Positions 37,753 to 48,733 of a stretch of DNA of 64,000 nucleotides are shown piece after piece (position 1 is the stretch's first letter; every line of letters begins with the position of its first letter). Origin of the DNA: Paraspadella gotoi (lineage: Eukaryota > Animalia > Chaetognatha); contig CM119266.1 in the NCBI GenBank assembly GCA_051294375.1, forward strand, positions 21,767,875-21,831,874, written 5' to 3'. The notes under the pieces were generated by a model. The model was not told the DNA's origin. It saw only the letters and a list, made by a program, of their open reading frames with translations, and made no database searches. A program made the position numbers and the translations under genes.

Positions 37753-40700
37753 ATGTCAAGAGCCGGAGACATGGAGGAGCACAGCGTCGAGAGTTTGGCG
37801 GAAGTGTTTCGCTGCTTTATTTGCATGGAAAAGCTTCGTGATGCTAGACTTTGCCCTCATTGCTCGAAACTATGCTGCTTTATTTGCATAAGGAGATGGC
37901 TCACCGAACAAAGATCTCAATGCCCTCATTGTCGAGGTTAACTTCAGTTTTATACTTGATGTTTTTTTCGGAATGGGCATTTTTGCATGAAATGTTATAT
38001 TTTTTTTTCCAGCGTCCCTTCACTTGCATGAACTTGTCAACTGCCGTTGGGCTGAGGAAGTGACGCAACAGTTGGATTCGCTGCAACTGACGACGGGCAC
38101 CCTTCCTCGACGAGACGCCGCGGCAAAGGATATCTGTTCTCTCCACGAGGGAGAAAGGCTCACCGTCTATTGTTGGACATGTCACAAATGCATTTGCCAC
38201 CAATGCGCGTTATGGGCGGGACAACACTCAGGACATACGTTCAAGCCCCTCGACGAGGTCTACGATCAACATCTTAGCAACGTTCAGGAACAGGTATCTA
38301 TTCGGAAAGCCGATGCACCACTGTAATTCTCGCGGTTTCTGAGTAGAAGCATAAAACAAGCTTCGGTCGGCAGTAGTATGCGGGAGGCCAACAGTCCGGC
38401 CAATGTCTTTTGCAACTGGATGGTAAGACGGGGTCACCTGGAAATACCAGCACGGAATATCAAAGCCTCCAATGGTCATAAAATGTAATAAAGTAAATGT
38501 GATACAAGAACCAAAGAGCAACAGGAAGTAAAACAGTAAAAAAAAAAAGAGGCATAAATCATGAATAAGGCAAGTTCTATAAAAGTAAATATAATAGTAA
38601 AAAGAACCAAATACATGTTTATGAAAAAGTCCATGAGTATAAGTCCGTGAATCAATGATGAACGGAGGCCGACGATCCTGAAGGGAAGAATGCATGAACG
38701 TCACCGTAACAAATGACAGATTCAGTGATTATTAAAGAATTTGAGTCTAACAATATCCCTTTTGGTCATTTTACCGTCTCTTTCGCCACAGGTAAATCAG
38801 CTTAAACGGCGTCACGTTGAACTTATTTCTTTAGTTCAAGACGTCGAACGAAACGTTGAATCCGTGAAAGCGGCCAAGGAAGAACGAGTCAGGGAAATTC
38901 GCAATGCAGGTAATGCTTTTTCTCTCCTCCTTACCAAATAGCCAATGCCCCTACTCTTTCCTGAAGAGTATTTGATTCGTATCCGCAGTGGAGTTGATGA
39001 TCGCCCGTCTGGAGTCTCAACTGAAAAGTAAACTGTTAACTCTGACCGGGCAACGAAATCAGTTGATGCAAGAAACCGAGACGCTCGACGCTATCCTGTC
39101 CGACGTGGAGATGCAACTCAGATCTAGCAGGTGAAAGTCACTTGAATTTTATCGACCTTCGCACTGGAATTTAATATAAAAAAAAACTTATTTTTCTTTG
39201 CAGCAAGAGCGAAATCATCGAACAACATAAATCGTTGATGAGCAAATTCCACGAAGTACACAAAAAGCCCATGGCCTCTTTCGTGACCGCTCCTGTTCCA
39301 ACTGAGTTCACTCGCGAAATCGTGCCTTCTTACGACAGGTCTGTCGGTACTGGGCCGTTGTAGTAAATGTATTTTGACTTCGAAACAACGCAGATATCAA
39401 GAAAAACGATTTGGATTTTCAGTTCAACCTGCGTCTTAAACAACTTTACGCAACTCCAGCATAAAGGGGCTCCCGTTTATTCTGCTCCACTACACATATA
39501 CGGCTTGTCTTGGCGCCTCAAAGTGTATCCAGACGGCAATGGTGTCGTCCGAGGACACTACCTGTCAGTTTTTCTCGGTAAGTCAGAACGGAGAAAGCTA
39601 AACCGATGGTTTGCTTTTTTTTATATTGAGGATCGAATAGGCCGAAACATTACATACGTAATTCATTCAACAAAGTTTTATTTCACAGAGTTGTCGTCCG
39701 GTCTTCTCGAGACCTCCAAGTACGAGTATCGCGTGGAGATGGTACACCAAGCCTCCGGCGACCACACTAAAAACATCGTTCGCGAATTCGCTTCTGACTT
39801 TGAAGTCGGTGAATGCTGGGGCTACAACAGATTCTTTAGGTACGATGCTGCTCTCATCTCGAATTCGACGAGAACATTGACCATCTCTGTCCACGTAACG
39901 AATGTGGATTCCACAGATCGGATCTTTTGGCCTCGGAAGGATTTCACGACACAGAGAACGACACGATGGTCCTTAACTTTCAAGTTCGTCCGCCGACCTT
40001 TTTCCAGAAGACACGTGACCAGCAGTGGTATATAAATCAATTAGAAGCCGGGCAGACGCGATATATCGCTCAAATCAATGATCTTAAGGAACGACTCAAC
40101 ATAGAGTTGGAACGGAACGGATCCGGGAAAGGTTTGATGGTTTTAAATACGCAATACAAACTAATTTATATTTTAAACCGAAAGACTTGACTAGGAACAA
40201 AAAAAGCCACTTCAGAATCTGGAGACACCCCCAGGAATCAGATTGGACCGATACACATAAAAGCAAAGCACAAAAATAACAGTCGGGCGTTTGCGCGTCG
40301 ACCAGTTGCTGGAAATGTCGAGGCGAGTTACTTTAGTTTTTGTTATTTTCGGTTTTGTTGTGATTCATTTGATTGTTATCTAGGTGGAACTTGTGCCTTC
40401 CCTTCCCCCTCGTCGCGTTGTATCCGGGACTCGAGTCGAGGGCGGTAACACTGATTCTTCTCCGAGCAAACCCACAACCGACGCTGAAGATTTACCAGGT
40501 AACACTGTTTTCTTGATCCTTATCATTTTTAGGTTAATTCAAACGCTATATCCCCCCTTTCTATTGTAAACAAACATAGTATACGGTGAAGTATCCTTTG
40601 GTCTCGAGTCTGAAGCGAACGACGAGGACGACGATCATGGAGACGACCGTCAATCCGACGACGCCTCCGACGACGATGACGAAGGAGAAGAAGACGACGA

Positions 40701-42949
40701 CGACGACGACGAGAGAGTCGACGATATATCTAGAAACGAAGCCGTTGACCGATGAGATGAAGAAGAAGACGACGACGAAGAAGACGACGACGATGAATAC
40801 GAAGGAAGCCGAGGTACAGAGACGGAGAACGACATCGACGAAGAATCTCGCAACGGAGAAAACGACGTAGATTCTCAAGCGATACTTCATTCTGGTATCA
40901 TTGTTTTCTCATTTTTGCTTAAGACAAGAATGACTGTTGAAGTAACTTTAATTATTCAGCAGGCGGAGAGGACGATCTGTCTCGGTCCGAATTAGGCGCA
41001 GTCGGAATCGAAGACGCCGTCGTTTCTCCTTCACGCGACTCTCCCCCAACATCCGCTTTGGCGAAGCTTCTTTCTGAGTCGACGACCGCCCACGACGAAG
41101 ACGAAGAGATGCAGATGCTTCAGACGTTTTTGGAGATGCAGGCTCGTCTTAAGAACTTTAATTACTAATTACTTTAATTACTTTAATTACTTTAATTACT
41201 AATTACTGTTCCTCTTCAGGGCAGCGTCGGCAGCGGCGACCATGTTTTGCCCCATTCTTTTACCTCCTCCGCGTCATCCCTCTCGTTTCGCCCGTCCTCT
41301 CAAGATTCGACCGACCACTCTTACTTGGCCTCGTTGGAGAACCACTTGCGCCTCTTCACCAGGTAAAAAGATTTGCTCGGCACTTGGTCGTTCATCGAAC
41401 ATTTTCGACTGATTTTAATTTTCCTTCGTTGTTTGAAAAGACTCTCACCGCTCACTGCTCCGCACTGGTATCAATCCCCTTCAATCTCGGTTCCAAAATC
41501 GGCCGCCTTGAATTCTCTTTTTCATCCTCCCGCCGACGAAGATCGGAGCAACAGCCCTTCTCAAAACATATTTCTTAATCCGCCTCTTATAACTGGCGAG
41601 GGTAGGTTAATAACCAGTTTTTTTTTTTGGGGGGGGTGGCTTAAGGTACGGGGATTAATGCTATTGAATGTCTGAAGTTCTAAAGGTTCTCTATCCTGAT
41701 AATAGAGATTAAAAAATACTACACATACATTGAATAAAACTAGTGGATGGGAATCAATTTTCTAGTGGTACATAAACTATGTGCAAAAACCATAAGCCCC
41801 ACATTCTTCTACTATATCGCAATCGATTGATTGTTTTGCGTTCTTACCTTACCTTATCCTTATCCTTATTACGTAGGTTCGGAAAAAGCTGTGATCGAAC
41901 CAGTGGAGTCTGCCGAACCCGCGCTCCCTCCTGTTCCTGCACACCCAGCGAATAAGGGTTCGCCGCGTATGCCCCTTCCGTCGCGTCACTCCGCCTCCGC
42001 TCCAGCTCCCTCTTCATCGTCAGAGAGCATGAATTCCCTTCTCGAGCGATTTCCTGCCCTTCAATCTTGGCGACCCGATGCCAGAAAGCCCGGTAAACGG
42101 TTTTTCTACAAACTCAGTGCCGTTGCTCATTTATCGAGATTAGTAAGATTACCGATTGATTTTGATTTTTGCCTCATCTCTTTCCACGCAGACGACCCTG
42201 CTCGCGGATCCCTTGGGTCCGAAGGTGACGCCTCTCTCGAGCAGTTTTCACTCGCGGATCTTCCTAATGGCGGGGCCGGGCGTCCTCCCGCCGGCAGCCT
42301 TGATAACGCCGCTCAATGCGATGCCGATCCAAATCCCACGGGGATCGTGGCCGGAGATGGAACCGTCTCCGAATCCGTTTCCGATCAGGGAGAAACCTCT
42401 CGGTAAGGACTAAAGCGCTCATTGCCTGACAACTACTATTTCTTCCTACGAATCGGAATTTTTATGTTTTCGGTTTAACCCATCAGATGCGATAACAAAT
42501 TAGACGCGTCCAGGGCTAAGTGCGAAAAGCGAAAGGTCTTCTCCGCTGCAATGTCCAATTTTTCAGGTTATTAATTTTATGATAAAATCACGACTTTTTT
42601 TTTTTTTACGTTGGTTTTCATAAATATTTTACAATCATTTCTTTGTACTTCCGTTCTTATTTGGCCGACTTTCTCCTCTCTAGATAACATGTTGAAAAGC
42701 TTCGTCCGGTCCTCCTCGTGCCACTCGTCCTTGGATGACCCCTCCGCTCAACCAAACTCCGAAAAAAGTCTCTCATTCCGCCCGCCTCTGTCCCGTGGAG
42801 TCAACAGGAATTCTGACGATTCATCGTCTCGCTGCCCCGGTCAACAAATTGACTTAACCGACGATCACGAAGAAGAGAACCTCAACGAACTTGTTTACCA
42901 TGAAGCGGAGGGCGCTGAAACGCCATCCGGCGAAGACGAATCTGGATGA
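37753..42949 (+). CDS. TRIM37: E3 ubiquitin ligase TRIM37 (RING, B-box, coiled coil, MATH, acidic low-complexity tail); multi-exon
   Basis: [33 protein letters not shown]-box [56 protein letters not shown] and [11 protein letters not shown]. Confidence 0.93.
41155..41207. repeat. Short intronic tandem repeat (ACTTTAATT/ACTAATT units)
   Basis: About six units filling most of a 78-nt TRIM37 intron. Confidence 0.8.
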
Positions 42950-43355
42950 AATCTTTTTATCGCTTTTTGCAATAATTTGTAAGATGACAATCTCTTATTG
43001 AAACTGCATTTAAATTTATACATACTTTTCTATCAATTTTATTGCCAGGAAGATAGAAACCACTCTATTCAATTAGCTCGCTGACTCGGATAGCTTTGGA
43101 GCGGATACTAATCTCTCGATTATTTTTGAAAAGATTGAAACAAAAATTATATAAATAATAATTATATAATTTTTTTATCCTATATTTATTTTATTTAAAA
43201 CAATCACTATAAATAATTGTTTCAAAATTTTATAAAAATCTGTATGCTTGTAATGTTTTTTTTATTTTTTTTTATATCTTGTCAGTCAGAGACTTTTGTT
43301 TTGAATTGTAGAAATTCCCGCTGGTGTGGAAGCCGAATCCCCTCGCTTCGAGACA

Positions 43356-43363
43356 TGACGTCA
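43356..43363. promoter_or_regulatory. Consensus CRE palindrome TGACGTCA in a GC-richer island upstream of eRF1
   Basis: ATGACGTCAT about 510 bp before the eRF1 ATG. Motif match only. Confidence 0.3.
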
Positions 43364-43872
43364 TCTCGGAGAGGCTGTTCATTCTAGAAAAGATGGTGTC
43401 TGAGAAAGCCCGAACAACGTGTTCCATGTGGTTCCAAGCTGTTGCCTTCGACGTTTCCTGGAAAATTGTTACGTTTCGTTTAAATATTGATTATTTTTCA
43501 ATATGTTGGCATTTCGTGTTATTGCGACAAATTGCGTAAATAAACTTAACTATTTCAACTTCGTTACTTTCGCACACACTTATGAAGGATGCCTGGAACC
43601 GATATCTACAATTATCGTAAATTTTAAATCGTTTTATAAACGTTAAAACGTGCACATTCTAATTTTAATTGTTTAATGATTTTCGTTATGCGTTAATTTA
43701 CATTAACCTCTTTCCTTTTTACATAGATTATCTGATATTATAATTATTGTAATTGACAGCCAAATTTTCTCATTTTTGGTCCCTTTAATAGTTTCAAAAG
43801 GAATCCTCTGAGAATTCTCCGTTTACCTTCACTTTTTTCCACCGTCGATCGTCGGCCTAAATAGACAGTAAG

Positions 43873-45186
43873 ATGGCCGACGAAGGAGCGGACACTAACG
43901 TCGAGATTTGGAAGATCAAGAAACTGATCAAGCGGCTGCAGGATGCTCGAGGGAACGGCACCTCCATGATCTCCCTCATAATTCCCCCCAAAGACCAGAT
44001 CGCCAGAGTGGGCAAGATGCTGGCCGACGAGTTCGGGACCGCCTCGAATATCAAGTCTCGCGTCAACCGACTTTCGGTGCTCTCGGCCATCACTTCCGTA
44101 CAACAACGGCTCAAGCTTTATAACAAGGTGCCCCCCAACGGCCTGGTCATCTACTGCGGCACCATTGTCACCGACGATGGAAAAGAAAAAAAGGTCAACA
44201 TCGACTTCGAACCCTTCAAGCCCATAAACACTTCCCTATATCTTTGTGATAACAAGTTCCACACGGAAGCCCTCACCGAGTTGCTCGCCGACGATAACAA
44301 GTTTGGCTTCATCGTCATGGACGGCAACGGGGCACTATTCGGAACCCTTCAGGGCAACACTCGCGACATTCTTCACAAGTTCACCGTGGATCTGCCCAAG
44401 AAGCACGGGCGCGGAGGTCAATCCGCCCTGCGTTTCGCCCGGCTCCGCATGGAGAAACGTCACAACTACGTTCGCAAAGTGGCCGAGGTGGCCACTCAGC
44501 TCTTCATCTCCAACGACAAGCCTAACATCACCGGGCTTGTCTTGGCCGGTTCCGCCGATTTCAAGACGGAGCTGTCCCAGTCGGACATGTTCGACGGCCG
44601 CCTTCAGTGCAAAGTCCTCAAGCTAGTCGACGTGTCTTACGGGGGCGAGAATGGGTTTAACCAAGCCATCGAATTGGCCTCTGAATGTTTGGCTAACGTC
44701 AAGTTCATCCAGGAGAAGAAGCTCATCGGGAAGTACTTCGATGAAATTTCCCAGGACACTGGAAAGTTTTGCTTTGGGGTCGACGACACTCTCAAAGCCT
44801 TAGAGATGGGAGCCGTGGAAATTCTCATCGTTTGGGAGAATCTGGAGATCATGCGTTACGTCCTCAAGAACCACGGGACGGATGAAGAGAAGATCCTCCA
44901 CCTGAACCAAGATCAGGAAAAGGACAAGACCCACTTTGTTGACAAAGACACTGGGGTGGAATTGGAGCTAGTCGAATCCATGCCTCTGCTCGAGTGGTTC
45001 GCCAATAAGTACAAATCATTCGGCGCCCAACTCGAGATAATCACCGACAAATCGCAGGAAGGTTCCCAGTTCTGCCGCGGATTCGGCGGGATCGGCGGCA
45101 TCCTCAGGTACAGAGTCGATTTTCAGACTCTTGAGCTCGCGGCCGAATTGGACGACCTCGATTTCGACGACGACGACGATTACTAA
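43873..45186 (+). CDS. ETF1: Eukaryotic peptide chain release factor 1; intronless CDS
   Basis: GTSMISL, TASNIKS, YLCDNKF and GRGGQS all intact; 437 aa. Confidence 0.98.
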   Translation: MADEGADTNVEIWKIKKLIKRLQDARGNGTSMISLIIPPKDQIARVGKMLADEFGTASNIKSRVNRLSVLSAITSVQQRLKLYNKVPPNGLVIYCGTIVTDDGKEKKVNIDFEPFKPINTSLYLCDNKFHTEALTELLADDNKFGFIVMDGNGALFGTLQGNTRDILHKFTVDLPKKHGRGGQSALRFARLRMEKRHNYVRKVAEVATQLFISNDKPNITGLVLAGSADFKTELSQSDMFDGRLQCKVLKLVDVSYGGENGFNQAIELASECLANVKFIQEKKLIGKYFDEISQDTGKFCFGVDDTLKALEMGAVEILIVWENLEIMRYVLKNHGTDEEKILHLNQDQEKDKTHFVDKDTGVELELVESMPLLEWFANKYKSFGAQLEIITDKSQEGSQFCRGFGGIGGILRYRVDFQTLELAAELDDLDFDDDDDY

Positions 45187-46084
45187 ATCTGGGACTTCTG
45201 ATTCGTGTTATCCTTTTTCTACCTGTCCCTTTGGCCTCTTCGCGGTGTGACGTTGCGGTGTTCACATCTCGCATGGTGTTGGTAATGTGGATTTCCTTTG
45301 GAATGAATTAAGGATGCAAAAAACTAATGCATATTGCATATTTTTAATATATCTTTTTTGAAAACGACCAATTTTTAAATATTCATTTTTTTTACAAAAT
45401 GTAAAACGTATTTAATAATTATGTACAGATATGCTATTCAGCTTATATAAATAATTATTAATCATTAAAAATTTCTACAGCGATTTGATTAGATAAATTG
45501 TTTTTCATAAATAATTGAAATCTGAATTTTAGTTAGTTTAAAATCGGTCGATTTGATGGAGGGTAACTTTCTGTTCGGAGTTAGTTGGATTTGTTTTGTT
45601 GGTTACCAAAACTAAGTTGTAAACTAAAAATAATTATAATTTATTTGCCCAGCAAAATTTTCGAATATAATATTAGAGAATGAACATACGTACATTTGTT
45701 AGTTGTTAAATTTTTGTAGCTCAAATAAAGATTTTCTTGTAACATCGTAACTTGAATTTGAAAATTTAATACATAAGAATTTTATCACTGAGTCAACACT
45801 GTCGATTGAAAGCTGATTTTAAATTTGACCGCTCACTAAAGCTAAGTCTGAAGTAAATTATTGTTTTCAGTTTTTCAGTTTTCAAGAATATAGGAATAAA
45901 GCAGCCGTAATTTGAGCAGTAATGATTGCAATACCGAAAAAAAGTTTGAAATAATTTAAAAAGTTTAAACTTTTCCATCCCTAATTCGAAGAGCAATTGC
46001 ACGTGAGATTTTTGTTGTCAGCTATTTTACCTTTCATATACCGTATATAATGTAGTTCCGTAACTTTTTTAACCCCCTCGAGCA

Positions 46085-46189
46085 GTCAGGGAACAGGTCG
46101 CTGAACACTTAGGGCAGGTACCGGGTTTGAATTGAACTCAGTTCGTTGTGATGATGAGCAGAAAGCTTTACTCAGTGAGCCACCAGGTC
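46085..46189 (-). mobile_element. tRNA-derived SINE-like remnant
   Basis: The minus strand reads GACCTGG-TGGCTCACTGAG (A-box-like)...GAGTTCAATTC (B-box-like)...CCCGGTAC over about 72 nt. The arms do not fold as a functional tRNA. Confidence 0.45.
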
Positions 46190-46854
46190 AAGAACGAGGG
46201 AACGATGATTATTTACGGCTTAACCCGGACCATATATACATACAATTTATATATATACATATTACATAATACATATAGCGAGTAATTCTGAAGTATGTCC
46301 TCGTGAAAACGCACTTTTTTAGGTTTACTCGATGCTATTCAATTTTAAAAAGAAAGTTATTAATCTATTATTTAATTAAACTTTTAACCAAACAATTAAT
46401 CGCCAGTATTTTTCCGCTGGGAATTAGATATTTTTGATAGATGGACACTTTTGAGATACAAATAAAATTATTAAAAACTGTTATTCCAAGTTGAAGTCGT
46501 TTGTAATTGTATGTGTTATCATTATTACACGGTACATTCTAATAAAATGTACCTGGAGGATTTTCAGATAGTTTTAGAACAGTTTTAGAATAACTCGAGT
46601 TATCTCGAGCATTGATTTAATTATTTATCCTTTTGCGTCATTGGAATCCTTCGTGCCTTGCTCTTTTGTTCAGAAAAGTTGAATGAAAAAGCAACCACCC
46701 TTATTCTTTGAAAACAACCCCATCTTGTAGGGCTCTTAACGAAAGGAAGTTGTACGTCTTGAAATTTCTTTCATAAACATTAAAAAAATGAAAGAATTTC
46801 GGATTTTTATTCCCAACGGTTGGACTCGTTGATATTTTGGTATAAAGTAGAGAA

Positions 46855-48556
46855 ATGCAAATAACAAGCATGGAGTTGCAGTTGCTTCACTGCAGAGTTT
46901 TGGAATTATTACAAAACGTTGACTTTCTTTCGGCAAAGTGGAAAGTTTACACCGAGGAAGATAGAAATCGCGTCATTATCGAAAAAGACATAACGACCGA
47001 GATCGTTGACTGCGACGCCGAAGTCATCGGCATCGTCGCCGGCATCAAGACCGAAATATTTCCGGTTGATGAAAAAACGAGATCTACCTCAAACTTTATG
47101 TCCGATCTATCTAACGGCGCCCAATTAGCCGTGAAAACAGAATTCGACTGTGATACTTCCAAAGCCTTCGATTGTGCCCAACTTCCTTTAACGATAAACC
47201 AACACGAAAAAATTTCATTGCGTAAAAACCGCGTCGCTGAGAAAGGAAACTCGGAGCGTGTCCCCAGTAAATCATTTTGTCAAATTTGTCTCAAAACTTT
47301 TAGCAGTAAATCTTACCTTTTAAAACATCAACTCAATGTGCACAAGTTGGCGAATTTCAATGGCGAGGAAAATGACAACCACGTTGGAAATTTATCGATG
47401 CCCTCTGATTCTTCGATGGTCTGTCTTCATTGCGGCAAAGTCTTTAATAACTTTCACACTCTCAAGAACCATGAAAAGAGCGTACATGCCGCAAAGGACT
47501 TCCCTTGCGACGAGGAGGGCTGTCAAAAGCGATTCGTATCGCAGAAAAAACTCGAGGATCACGTGGAGTTTCATCACCGCGGTCTCACCGTCTCCTGTCA
47601 CGACTGCGGCAAGGAATTTCGTTCACGGAGTCGTCTCGTCGAACACGTGAATACGATCCATCGTGGAGTGAGACGCAAGTGCTGCTTCTGCGACAAGCAG
47701 TTCGTCAAGGCCCATAACCTGAACTACCACATGGACAACTCGCACTCTGAGTTACTGGATCCGTCGAGCTTCAATCAGATTTGCGATATTTGTGGAAAGG
47801 CGTTCACCTCAAAAGGAAGCCTCTATACCCATCGTTCCTCCAAGCACAAGAAAAAGATCCCCGATTGTTCCCATGTAAAATCGGAAGGCAACAGGGTCAC
47901 GCGAGAGAGCGTTTTCTGTCCGATTTGCGGGAGGGAGTTTAGCAAAAACAAATCCTACCTTAAGGTACGTACTAAAAAATACAAAAATCGCTGAAGCGGT
48001 GATCTCTATTTACTGATTTTACTTCCTCCAGCTTCATGTTCAAATGGTGCATTCGGGTCAGAAATGGAGGTGCGATTGCGGGAAGGATTATGGGTCTCAA
48101 GCCATGTTAAAGAGGCACGTGGAGTCCATTCACAAGGGGATAAGATACAAGTAACGTTATTTTCTTACATCTGATTGTGTGAAGTTATTATCTGTACCCT
48201 ACTTAATTTCTATTACCCTGTAAAGCTGTCCCTACTGCGACAAAACGTTTTCTGTCAAATCGACGTTAAAGGTCCACCTGGACGCCATCCATCGCGGCAT
48301 AAAACACACTTGTCCGATTTGCAACCAAAGTTTTGCACAGTCTGGCGATATGAAGATTCATGTCAAAGCTGTTCACAAGGGCGTCAAGAGCAAATGTGAC
48401 ATTTGCGGGAAAGAGTTTAACCGGGCTCCCGAAATGCGTAGACATCGAAAAGCCGTGCACAAAGCATTGGCAGACGTCGACGCTTCGGCGCCGGCGATTG
48501 GCTCTACTAAAGAGAACCTCGTCGATTGCGGCAACGTACTGTCCTTACAACAGTGA
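46855..48556 (+). CDS. C2H2 zinc-finger protein with a tandem finger array; 3 exons
   Basis: Repeated CxxC..F.....L..H....H units (CQICLKTF..HQLNVH, CLHCGKVF, CHDCGKEF, CDICGKAF, CPYCDKTF, CDICGKEF). Introns at ~47965-48031 and ~48151-48225. Confidence 0.88.
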
Positions 48557-48733
48557 AAGCATAGACTAGACTGGGACATCCAAGCTACAATTAATTTGTT
48601 AATTTTTGATTCATTATTTAATTCTATTTCCTAGATTGTACCGGTTAATAATGATTATACAAGCAATTCATTTATATTGTTTACCATAAATTTTTTTTTA
48701 GATTTCAGGAAAAAAAATATCACAATAGAAATC

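Noticed and set aside
40586-40870. Thr-rich mucin-like ORF, and a U12-type donor GTATCCTT at 40591
   Set aside because: Both lie within the Asp/Glu-rich TRIM37 exon; the ORF is its alternative frame.
43873-45186. Variant genetic code suggested by eRF1
   Set aside because: GTS, TASNIKS, YxCxxxF and GGQ are canonical, and TAA, TAG and TGA all terminate genes in the window.
46118-46189. tRNA-Met gene or a third twister element
   Set aside because: The arms are degenerate, and the downstream sequence lacks the UAA, GA and UCCNAAGC twister elements.
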